Source: Thelocarpon superellum (taxonomy: Eukaryota). From it: a DNA stretch of 64,000 nt. Both the position numbers and the translations under genes were made by a program. Each line of letters starts with the position of its first letter. Positions within the stretch are counted from its first letter, which is position 1. Below the pieces are notes generated by a model. That model saw only the letters and a list, made by a program, of their open reading frames with translations. It was not told the origin of the DNA and made no database searches. Where the stretch lies: positions 1 to 64,000 of the forward strand of contig JAPEUG010000035.1 of the NCBI GenBank assembly GCA_026025795.1, given 5' to 3'. This document shows, in pieces, positions 37,153 through 48,331 of this stretch.

Positions 37153-37842
37153 TTACTACTACCACCATGGTACGGTGGGAAATAGAGCAACTAGGATGCA
37201 ACTATTGAAGGGTAAGAAACAATTTGTGTGTTACCGATGTTGCGTCCGGGTGAGGCAAGAGCGAGGGCGCCGTAGATTTACATTCCGTACGTGACGCGTG
37301 ATCATGACGCAAGCCCAGAAAACCTCTCGTGGTCGATACAGCAAGGCACAGTCTATCAATGCACAGAGGTCCCCCGTCAGTAGGATTACTCCGTAGCGTA
37401 TGGTACGATGGGTAAGGGTAGTGGTGTCCCAGCGCGCTGACTGACGGCGCCGGACCCTGGAACCAGAAGTCTATCTGGACTCTCCCGCCACTCCGCCTCA
37501 TTCAAACTTTTGCGATGCCTCCTCACGCGAGCAGGCGGCCAGATGAATGACATGTGGTGCTATTTAGGGTCTATGTTTATTCTGCCATGCCTCTCGTGTC
37601 TCGTGTCTCGTTTCTCTTACTTCATGGATGCATCGATCTTTTTTCGGGGATGAGTTACCAAGCTCGGACCTGGTCGGTCCCTCGTGCTCCATATGCCGCC
37701 CCCGTCCTGACCGCTTCTCTGTCCTCGGAGTGACTGATAAACCGGGATGATGGCGCTGTTGGTGAAAGTCCTGTAGCCCGCAGACCATGCACACCCGAGC
37801 CATCCTCGACACACGCACGCGGCCTCGCCTCCTCTCGCCGCC

Positions 37843-38452
37843 ATGGCTCTCCCCGGCCTCCGCCGAGTTAGTGGTCTGACGGGCTTCCTCGTGTGTCTCT
37901 TCTTGCCTCTGATCGTCCGCGCGGTCACCATCCCTAGCCCTTACGATGTCACCTGCGTGGGCAACGGGCGTGCTCGAGTCAGTGCCAATGCATGCGTCAT
38001 AGCCGCGATGAACGTCGTGCGGGACATATTTGGCTCGACATGGGATTCGTCTCGTAGCGCCTTCACGCAGATCCGGATGAGCACTGCCAATGTCTTTGCC
38101 AATTCGGACATCGGGTCCCCATCGGAGGACGGGAGCTGTCTCGCGACTTTCGTAGCATACGCGGATGATTCTATCTTTTGCGATGTGGACAATGATGGCT
38201 CGAATTGCTCTTTTCCACTTATTCCTGAACAGGTCTGCGATGGGTGAGTTTCACTCGTTGTCTCCATGTCTGCGGGCATGAAATGTACAAAATCTAATCA
38301 ACGATTTGTCTGCTAGATTTGTTTGAAGCATCAACGTGTATCAAGACAAGAATGGAGATATGAGTGTCGCCAATGCGACTGTTCTCACTGAATTTGGTGT
38401 TTGGACCATTGTTGGCAACTTCACGTCTGCTGACATCCCCCAATCGCCATGA
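37843..38452 (+). CDS. Small secreted Cys-rich protein, truncated or pseudogenised: intron 38244-38316, in-frame TGA 38324-26, frame continues to TGA 38450-52
   Basis: GCCATGG start; signal peptide ..FLVCLFLPLIVRA; 6 Cys in the mature exon-1 part; GTGAGT..CTAAT..CTAG intron. Confidence 0.7.
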
Positions 38453-38978
38453 CAACTTGGCAGCTCTGCACTACAGCTCAATCATACTTTATGAAGTCCG
38501 GGGGTTGGGTCCTAGCGCTCCATTGCGGAAGAGCCTCCAGACATGAGGAAGTGACAATTTCCGTCCTGTCCAACATTGTCAGGAGCATATCATACCATGG
38601 TACATGTTAGCGAATGCCAGAATGACAACGACAGGCATTTGATCAAGATAACTTGCACATTCAAGTGTTTTCACCTATAGCAAACCATCATCAGGCGCTT
38701 GTGTTTTGGTCTGGGCCTGTGCTCTGTATGTGACCACGAGTACAAATGAGTCTGGCTTCTATTCGTATTATTGATGAAATCCCGGTCTTCCTTTTATAAA
38801 TCTGTCATACTTTTGGTCTTGGGCGCTACTGAAGATTACCATCTATTGAGTCTCCAACCATATCGATGCGCACAACCGCCGCCCTGACCAACGAGGGCTG
38901 CAAGTCAACAAGCTGCGTTACTCTCAGTCTGGAAAGAACAGAATAGTTGTTATATTTATATAACCTCATTCCGGTAAT

Positions 38979-39068
38979 GATAAGATGGCCGAGTGGTTAT
39001 GGCGGCGTGTTCAGGTCATCAAAATCGCGTTGGAGCAATCCGCCGGGGTTCGAATCCCCGTCTTATCA
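38979..39068 (+). tRNA. tRNA-Leu(CAG) with ~9-nt intron (39016-39024)
   Basis: Acceptor GATAAGA/TCTTATC, discriminator A; D arm GCC-GAGTGGTTAT-GGC; anticodon stem GCGTG/CGCGT with loop TT-CAG-G; long variable arm GGA-GCAA-TCC; T arm CGGGG-TTCGAAT-CCCCG; upstream TATA-like TATATTTATATAA and downstream T-run terminator. Confidence 0.93.
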
Positions 39069-40314
39069 TTATTTTTTGGCTCTTTTTTTCTCCCTTTCCA
39101 AGAATCTTATCAGATTTCCCTTCGGCGAGGTTTGCTCACCGACCAGCGAAATCCTCCTTTTCGGACATACATCCTGTCTGCATGGCAAGCTAGTTTGGAA
39201 TGATCATAGGAAGGTACGAGTGTTTAGTCGCTCGATGGGAGCGCAACTTCCCTACCTCGGGTTTCTGGTGTTGATTTGCGCGACGATCAGCCGCGATCGC
39301 CCAGGCGCTCCTCCAGGCCGCGGTTTGGTTTGCCTCCACCTCATGTGTAGATGTTGAGGAACCGGTCTGGTCGATGGCCGAAGGAAGAATCAGGGTCGTG
39401 AAGAAATATGCCGATTTGGTGGTATTACAGCCGGTGGTACGGTAGAGATCACCAGACTAAAGTGTAAGAACAGGACAGTCTTCATATCTTCCGGGCCTTG
39501 TCTTTTCAATCTTCCTCAGACCGCAACAAATCTTCGGAGATCCTTCACCTCCTGTCCTGACATCCTGCTCTCTCAGTGAATCTCACCGCGTCGTGTCGCG
39601 TGGGATGGTTGGCGGAAGCAGGTGGGGGGAGGACATGTGGGGAATTTGGTAAGAGTAGAGCGGTAGGTACGGTCGAAGTACCTCACAGAGCTTCATGTAG
39701 CCAGACGCACCCACTGAACCCTGGAGCCTTGAGGGTTGAGACAAGGGATGTGAAGTTCTTCTTCTTCCATGTTGAACTGTTCCTGCACAAAGTGGTGGTC
39801 TGCTGGTGGTCCAGCAGATGAAAAGAAGGGGATAGACAAGACGACCTCACCCACATCCAGACCAGCGATTGATCTCAACCCCTGGCCTTTCGACCATCGA
39901 GATATCACACTGCCCCCCGTGCAAACCCAACCCGACGAGAACATGGTTCGACTCTTCATCGTAATCCGGCGGTGTGCGTATATCCAACGTCGCGAATCTG
40001 CTATTCTGGTTGGTAGCAAAGCGGCGTAGATGGAGATGAGCATTCATTCAATCACTCAATCAGTCGAGCAACATTCGTTCAATCTTCACCTCTTGAAATG
40101 ATGGCCCGCGTGCGGGTGCGAGTCAGTCAGTCGGTTCAAAACTACCTAGGTAGATGTCTAGCTGGATCCAGTCACCTGTGATGACAGACATTATGTAGGC
40201 AGGAGATGAATGGGGGAGTGTGAACGTGATGGGACGAGGATGGAATCGGGACGGGAATGGAGACGGGTCCGAGGGAAGGTGGGAGAAAACGGATGGAGGA
40301 AGGAATAGATCGAT

Positions 40315-40378
40315 GGAGGGGCGGAGGGGCGGAGGGGCGGAGGGGCGGAGGGGCGGAGGGGCGGAGGGGTGGAGGGGA
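40315..40378 (+). repeat. (GGAGGGGC)8 tandem repeat downstream of Ras2
   Basis: Six perfect and two end-variant 8-mers. Confidence 0.95.
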
Positions 40379-40599
40379 TGGATGCATACGTGGACTCGGT
40401 CAGGTTCGTCAGACGCTCTTGATTTGGAAGATGGAGATGAAGAGATGTGACTTCATTAGAGAGGAAAACAAAATTCGAGAGGTTAACGCCGCCACACCTG
40501 CCGCCCGCCAGCCCGCACCTACCGCCGTGTCACCGCCGGCGCCGCTGAAGTCGTCACGGCGGCTGCCGCCACAGCAGAGACCAAATTTTATGTGCCCAT

Positions 40600-41396
40600 T
40601 CACAGTATGACGCATTTGGGGCCAGGCTTAGATCGACCCGTCTTCTCCGGCTGCTTCCGTGTCGTGCCACCCGTGCCACCGTCTCCGTGACGTCCCCCGC
40701 TGCCGCCCAGAATGCTGTTGTTCATGCGCGGATTTGCTTGTTGTCGTCGCCGTCGCAGAAGTCGCACCACGTCGTAGAAGGCCTTCTCCACGTTGATGCA
40801 ATTCTTGGCTGACGCCTCGACAAATTCACAACCTAGCTGTCGTGCCAGGGCGTGCCCTTCCTGTGTCGACACCTCACGCTCCGTCACCCGATCGCATTTG
40901 TTCCCCACCAGCATGATCGGTGCCTCACCCGGTGGTGCCGACCCAAACGACATCTGCGGGCTGGCCGTCGGTCCGCCGTAGGTGGGTGAGCTGGCGCTGA
41001 TGGACTCCTTGACCCGTTTGATCTGGCTATGAAACTTGCGGATGCGCGTAAAGGATGATCGTGACGAGATGCTGTACACCAGCACGAAGCCTTCCCCGTC
41101 CCGAATCCACTGGTCCCGTAAGGCTGTGTACTCCTCTTGTCCCGCGGTATCTAGCACCTCCAACATGCACGATTGATGATCAATCACCACCTGCTTTCGG
41201 TATGAGTCCTCGATGGTGGGGTCGTACGTCTCGACGAAGTGGTTCAAGCATAACTATGTGCGTGCGCGCGGTTAAAACGACATCCTCCGGAGGCTCGCCA
41301 TGTGAGGGAGGAGCTCACCTGTATCGTCAACGCCGTCTTGCCCACGCCACCGTCCCCCAACACCACCAGCTTGTACAGCGTCATCTTGCCCGCCAT
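40600..41396 (-). CDS. RAS2: Ras-family GTPase, Ras2/RasB type; intron 41254-41318
   Basis: YKLVVLGDGGVGKTALTIQ|LCLNHFVETYDPTIEDSY, DTAGQEEY, NKCD, EASAK, CAAX CVIL; RasB-type insertion. Confidence 0.96.
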
Positions 41397-44197
41397 GTTG
41401 CGTGGAGAGAAACCGGAGACGGAAGGAAACGCTAAAAGAGCGACAAGCACACCCGAACGACGTCGTCAACGGGTCGTGACCGTAAGAGCCGGTCGCGATG
41501 ATGGGGTCGTTCGACGCCAGGGCGAGGGGCGGGCGACGCCGCGATGGGAGGTGGGTGGTGGGTGGTGGTCGGGGGCAGATTGGCCGCGCTCCAAATTCCC
41601 CGACGGCGGAACACGTGGGGAGTCCGATAGGGAGGCTCCAAGAGACGAAGGCACGATGGTGGTGGGAGCAGAGAGCGTGGGGGTGCGTCCGCCGGTGGGG
41701 AGGGGTGGGCAGCAACGGAGCGGGCGTGGGAGAGGTGATGGTGATGGAGATGGGAATGGAGTTGCGGAGTCGCCGAGCGTGACCGAGCGCTGCTGCTGCT
41801 TTCCAAATTATCGTGGGCGACGGGGTGTGAAGCGTGGCAATCGCTCGCCCGCGGTCGCGGCAACTGCAGGTCGGGCTGCTCGGCGGTGGGCGGCGGCGAG
41901 CACGACGTGTTGCGCGGTGCGCGGCGCTGCGGCTGCACGAAGGGGAGGAGCACCGCAGCCAAGGGCGAGAAAGGCGAAAGGCGAAAGGCGAAGGCGAGAG
42001 CGAGCGAGGGGCCGGGAGAGTTTGGACGAGACGAGCAAATCGGGTTGGACGTGGTACGGAAAGGGTCTATGGGACGCCGTCCGTCCAAAACGCGAGAGAA
42101 TACCGTCGCCCAGGAGGGGAGGATGGACGGAGTTGTTGGATGCGGCCGGGCGGCGGGCAGAATGACCAAAATACGAGACTGCGATCAGTCCGTCCAGATG
42201 CACCTCACACCGTGGTGATGATGACCTCCTCGTCCACTTCCTCTGCGTCGTCCGAAGAAAATCGGAGGTGAATAGACTTCCGCACTGACGCTTCGCTAGA
42301 CCGCACGACTTCTCAACCGGGCCTTCTGGCGCCTTTTGGGGCCAGGGTGGGGGAGAAGGATGCAGAGACAAGTGGTTGTATCATACGATTGCACATCTGC
42401 TACGATTACCCTCAAGTCTTGTGCGGCCAGGCCAGCCCGCCGGTCTTCGGCCCTCCGATGGCAGGCCCACATCTCCACGGGAGGTACTTCTCGCAACTAC
42501 TGGAGGAAAAGGACCAGATCCTGTCTGTAGGTTGACGGACTCACTAGTTCACGAAGAACTGCTGCGTGGGAAGGGAGGGGGGGGGCCGAGGAGTGAAGAA
42601 CCGAGCTGCTGCCGCCTCCGAGCGCTTACTTGGGGACACACTCTCCAAAACGAGAACCAGTAGCACAGCTCCGGGTCGTGGGCCCCCGCTCCGTAGGACC
42701 CCCCCCGTCTGCAAGTCCACTCATCGTGCCTTCCGACCACCTGGCCGGGGCTGCACGAGCCAAGCCCGCACCACTGGCGAAGTAGCGTCTCCCGGAACCC
42801 TAGAGCGGGGACCGGGGGAAGTCACGGGAGAAGGCTGCAACGAGAGCCGACCGAAGTGCAGCGTGCAGTCAGTGCAGTCCGTCGGGCTCGTCCGCGGCGC
42901 TTCTTCCCGCCCATCGCCGCCGCGCCCATGACCCAGTATCTCAGCGTGGCGGCGTAAGCTACTTCGGCAGCGCATGTCGGTGGTCCCGGTATTGTCGAGA
43001 ACAAGTGCGCTCGAGTCTAGGTGAGGTCATCAGGGTCGCGTCTCCCCTCCTTCCAATACAGGCGGCAGCCTACACGGTCCGCGGTGTGCGCACGCATCCC
43101 GCAAGATGGATGGCACGAGTGCAGGAGGCACCCACCACTCCTCCTGACCACCTTCCACCTTGCATCATGGACCGATAATGTGGCCACACGTACGCCTTCG
43201 TTTCACACGTAAGAGAATCACCCAGGTGCTTGGGGCGAACGATCCAGATGGGGGGGTGGGAGAGACAGGCCTGACACGAGTGACGGTCGGAGACGCATGT
43301 CCCTCGTACGGCCCGGGAGGAGTTCATGGGGTCAGATCGACCGGGTTGGGGGTGCCACAGGCTCGAAAGCCAAGGGCCCCAAGCCAGTTGCGTTCGGAGG
43401 AGCACCCGCAGCCTGCGGGCCTGCTGCGGTGTGCTGCGGCGTGCTGCGTGCCAAGCGGCCAGGCGGTCCACGGAATGTCCCTAGCACCAACCACGATCAA
43501 CTGGCTATCGGCGGCAGGAGACGTCCAACTACCGGCGCCCCGCTGCATTAATCTATTTGCAACCCGTCCGCCAGTCGTCTGGCGGACGACTGTCGCGCCT
43601 GACCGCTCATCGGTCCGCGCGTCTCTCTCGATTCGACCACCCCCGTTGCCCCCATCCTCCCGTGCTTTTTCTTCCCGGCTCGCCTTGGCCCATGGTTGGT
43701 GCGCGGCCAGTAGCCGGGTGGGTGGAATGCGCCGTGGACGACGTTAGGGTGAACGCTTCGGCAAATACGACGACTAACACGACTAACCCCACGACGACCA
43801 GGCCGGCGTCAAGGAAAATCAGCCTTATGTGGGTTGAAGGCGATGACAGAGCATGGCGCCACAGCTCGGAGGTGGCACAGAGTGGCAAAGAGCGGCACAG
43901 AGGGGACGGCGCAGACAACGCACTCGACCAATTGACATGAGGGCGATGTCATGAGGCGCGACCAAGACGACGGGCATCCCCGCGCGCCCCCCATCGCCAA
44001 TCTATTTCGTACAATGAGGCCCGACAAAACTCCCGAATCTAAGATCATAGCGCGTGGGGATTGGTACGCCATCCGTCCCAGCCCAAGCATCAACCCGAGG
44101 ACAAGCCCACCGTGGTGAGGGGACTCCCTCCACCCCCCCCAAGAAGTGATATCAACCAGAGCCCCGACCAGGCAGCGCCCACACCTTTCACGGCTAC

Positions 44198-46392
44198 CTA
44201 TATGAACGCACCGCCACCCGAACCTGGCGGACCCGAGGCGGTCCCATCGCGCCCATCCTTCTCACGCACCGGCGGGAGATCGTCCTTGGCGGGGACGGGA
44301 GGGGACGGCCCGTCCGACCGCGGCCCTCTCCGGCCCGGTTTCTTTTTGATTCGCTCGTAGTAGGCCTCAATCTCCTTCTCTTCGTTGGGCGCCAACAGGC
44401 GTTCCGGAGGGCTCTCTGGCGGCTTGCCTTCGAGCTCCCACTCTCCATCCTCCTCCTCGTATGCGGGGGCAGGTAACGTGCCGCTCGAGTCGCCCTTGAC
44501 GAGCCCCAGACGCTCCTCTTCGGTCGCTCCTTTGAGGACACGTGAGTGTTCTTTGCTGCTGTGGCGCGCGCTTACCCCACGCCGCGCCGTAGGTCGGGCG
44601 CTTCCGCCGGTCGCGCTGGACGGGCCGTCTGGCGTCGGCGGGTCCTTGTTGCGGTGGAAGACGTTCTGGAAGGAAAATTGTCGCCTTGTGGTGGATGACG
44701 GCGGACTGAAGGTGATGCTGCCTGGCGACCGGGACCGCTCGGGTCCCGATTCACCGGACCAGCCCTGCGGGGGAACCTCGCGCACCGTGGCCGTGTTTAC
44801 GCGAGGGCGGGACAGATCGGGGGGCAAGCCAAACACGTGCGGCGCGCCCTCGTCGCTATCGCCGTGATAGGCGGGCACGGAGATGTGCGTCAGGGCGACC
44901 GGGTGGATGGGACTTCGCGAGTCAACCGTGCCACTGCTCAGCCGCTGTCGGAGACTGCCGAGAACCCCCAGGTGCTCGCCCCGTTCCGCCTGGCCATCGG
45001 CATCGCCAGGCTCCGAGCCCTCGGGGAAATGGCTCAGGCCGAGGGGCGGATGGAGCGTCTTCCGTCGAGAGACACTCCCACCGCTGGAGCTCGGCGGGCC
45101 ATGTTGCGTTCGGCGTCGCCGAATGCCATCCCACTCGAATTGCTCGTTTTCGCCAATGGGCTCCAGGTGGCTCATCCGATCTTCGTAGATCTGCTTGGCC
45201 TCCTGCACCTCCTTTTGCTGTCGCGAGACGGAGAGGCGCCGAATCAAGGCGGCCGTACCCCGAATGGCGTCGGCCTTGGGTTCCGACTCGGGCTGCTCTT
45301 GCTCGGCCACGGTCCGCATTTGATCGAGATCACCCGTGAAAACCGCTGTATCGGGGACATCCTTGGCCGATTTAGACAGCTGCAACAGCACAACGCCGGA
45401 GCAGATGGTGAGAAATCCAAGGAGCACCGTGACGATGGAAGTCGCGGTCCCTTTGAATCCCTGAAAGAGAACGGCGGATGTGACGATGGTGGAGCTGGTG
45501 AAGAAGACGTAGTATGTTGGCGTCACGAGCGCGGCGTTGAAGAGATTGAGAGCTTTCTGGAAGGCATTATCAGTAAGATGGAGCGACGGAAAGGCGTGCC
45601 CAGGGCCACCAAACGCACGTTGAGGAAGATGATTTCTGTCACCAGCGTGGCGATGACAAAGACGAGCAAGACATAGATGAACCACTGGTTGAACTGTGGC
45701 GTCCCGGCAATCTGTGTCGTGATTGCGGCCCCCAGACCCTGCGTGGCGACAACGCTGAGGCCGCCGATCAGACTGCAGATGCTTAGATAGACCAGCATGC
45801 TCTTCTTGCCATATCGCGGACCAGCCCAGAGGGCCAGAAAGAGGCAGATCAGGATGATGACGCCCGCGTAGCTGAGGAACCCGGGGGCAACAACAAAGTG
45901 TTGCATCTCTTGGATAGTGTTCGCTGACGACTCGGCTGGGGCGTTGAGGACAATGACGACGGAGCCGACGATGCACAGGAAACAGGCGACTTTGCCGACG
46001 AAGCTGAGGCGCTCCTTCAAGAAGATGGATGAGAGCATGGCGGTGATGACGACGGAGAGGGCGCCCAAGGGCGTGACCAAGATGGCCTCGGTGAAGGCGT
46101 AGGCGACAAAGTTCAGAATCTCGCCCAGGATCATCAACGACATGCCCGTCCACCACCACACGTTCTTGAGATAGCCGTAGCCATCGCCCGCTGCCTCGTT
46201 GTATTTCATGTTGGCCGCCAAGAGGCCCTTCTTCTTCAAGACAAAGGACGTGCCAATGAAGAGTCCCGATCCGACGGCCAGACAGATCCCGATGACCTTG
46301 TAGATCGGTGGTCGCGTCGCCGTCGCCGGGTTGGAGGCGGCGCGGGCGATGAGGCCATCGGCGGCGTACAGGACGTCGGCGGCGGACTCCAT
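44198..46392 (-). CDS. NIPA-family (DUF803) magnesium transporter with long disordered C-tail; intron 45557-45618
   Basis: GTSFVLKKKGL, YLKNVWWWTGM, NFVAYAF..LVTPLGALSV, LN|KALNLFNAALVTPTYYVFFT; multiple TM helices. Confidence 0.93.
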
Positions 46393-48120
46393 GATGTCGC
46401 TCGCGCCAGCGCCGGGCGTCACGGTCGTCCCCGTCCACAACCGGGGTCGACCCCGTCCGGAGGAAGCGTCGTCGTCGACTGCGTGCTGACGGGCCGCAGG
46501 CGGAGGAGAAGAGGGAGGAGTGCAGAGTGGCTTACGGCCTTACCCCGAACGGCTGCATCGGTAGGATCCCACGCGAGAGCCAAGCAGAGAGGATGAGGGA
46601 GCGAGGAATGGGGGGCGAGCGCGAGGCGGGACTCGACCCACGAGATTGAGGTGTGGAGACGATGGAGCTGGGGGATGAGGTGTGACCAAGGATTGGCGCT
46701 GAGGTTTGGGGGAGGGGGGAGGCTCGAGAGGCGGTCGTGTCTCAGGTGCGTGAGAGGACGCTACCGCTACCGCGCACGCTCACGACAATGGTCGCAAGTC
46801 GCAGATCTATGCGGCGAAGCGATAACGAATCACCGTGGCCGCGAAGCAGGACACGGCGCGAGTACAGAACATGCACTGCCGGGCTGCGATCAAGACCGAG
46901 GCAGTTCCTGGAAAGCACGAGCATGGGAAGTGTATGGCATGGGACGAGTAACGGAAAGAACTGCGATTCAAGTCCTGCCACAGTGCGCGGTAGTGTCTAG
47001 GAAACCATTGGCTCCAGCGTCGTCATCGCTGGCAACGTTCCTGGAGCGGAAAGGTCGTGGCCCTTGTAGACGGGCCCGGCTTGTGATCGAGACTTGCCGA
47101 CGGTTCTGACGGGAACCAGGCTAAGGCGCAGTGACTAACGAGCAGCGCCCCCATCCTGCTCCAGATCCGCACCCACTTTGACTTCCCCCAACACACCGGC
47201 GAGAACGCGTACTCGTGCCAGCTCGTCTGACCATCTACCAGGGCGTAACCGACCGACCGGCGGACCGCTGCTCGCCCCATCTACGGATCGATCGCTTTCC
47301 GGTGGCGTGGATCGAGACAGGGAGATCGGACGCATGTACCAAGCTCCAGCTGAACAAATGTGATGTGACTCGGTCCAAGCTGGCTGATGTCCTGGTGGCA
47401 CGCGTGCATGAAGGCATTGCGCAGTCAAAGTGGGTCTGCAGCGCCCAGCGTAGGCGGACGAGTGGGTGGGAAGTGCCGACGGGGAGCATGGTTGACGTCC
47501 GGACAGAGGCTGGCGCCGCGACCGTTCGGGCGCTGTGACCGTCGCGGTCGGGTGGCGGTCGGCTTGAGCATTAGTGAAGGAGGGCGAGAGAGCTATTTGT
47601 GGACGTGCACGCCATAGCAACCACTCGCATCACCCCACGCTGGAAGTAGTACGCAGTTGGACCTATACTATGTTACCAAACTACTCGTACTAGAAGTACG
47701 AGTACGAGTACCCAAAACCGAGTGCGGAGTGCTCCACATCCCACAGGTACAACTTCTACGAGGATGGAGAACTTCAAAGCCCACGTACCAACGCCGTCTT
47801 GTTTAGCATGTCCCAATTGCTCGCGGCTCAGTACGATGGCACGAGAGGGAAGTGCCGAGTCAGTCATCCAAGGGGCCAAACATGGGCATGTCGCATGATG
47901 TCGAGTAGGACGGACGGTGTGTGGAGTTGCGCTCACTGGTGCGGGAACACCCCTCGCCTTGTTTAGGACCAGGATGCCGGCACTCGGGTGCGGGCTTGGC
48001 ACAGGTGTACGTCGCCCTCGCGGGAGTGGGACCCATGACACCCTTGTCACCAATAATGTCGCCCATGACGACAGGCATGCTAGAATACCCGGCTCAGCCG
48101 CTATGAATGCATCCACCATA

Positions 48121-48153
48121 GCATCACGCATCGCGCATTACGCATCACGCATC
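48121..48153. repeat. Imperfect (GCATCAC)n 7-mer repeat
   Basis: gcatcac gcatcgc gcattac gcatcac gcatc. Confidence 0.85.
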
Positions 48154-48331
48154 TACGTCTGCTATGAAGAAGGCTGGGCATCACTTGGCGCAGGAAAGTG
48201 AACGGATCATGCTCGGCGCAACACGGACCAGCACAAAGCGAGACTGAAGGCCCGTCACGACTACGTAGGGAGCGAAACTCAAGGTAGATAAGCTAGATAC
48301 GGCGGAAAGATCCCCCTGGACGATCATGTGA

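Noticed and set aside
37162..37194. CCACC/GGTGG hairpin followed by CTAG, resembling a Helitron 3' end
   Set aside because: The stem is only 5 bp, CTAG is not followed by T, and there is no matching 5' end or Rep/helicase remnant.
39005..39030. Reading the tRNA anticodon as TCA (opal suppressor or Sec), tempting given the in-frame TGA ~650 bp upstream
   Set aside because: The stem register GCGTG/CGCGT puts U33 before CAG. A73, the Leu-type D loop and a 7/5 acceptor/T geometry all fit tRNA-Leu(CAG), not tRNA-Sec.
39693..40043. 116-aa minus-strand ATG ORF downstream of Ras2
   Set aside because: No recognisable domain, signal peptide or consistent exon structure; cannot be supported.
42212..42290. 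Possible C/D snoRNA (GTGATGA...CTGA) upstream of Ras2
   Set aside because: Terminal stem of only ~2 bp, no clear C'/D' boxes, not intronic, and only 8 nt of complementarity to the 18S 3' end; compatible with chance.
41302..44093. Long ORFs (287, 245, 195 aa and others) between Ras2 and the NIPA gene
   Set aside because: Arg/Pro/Gly-rich, motif-less ORFs, many with non-ATG starts, as expected in high-GC non-coding DNA; most likely the Ras2 leader and promoter.
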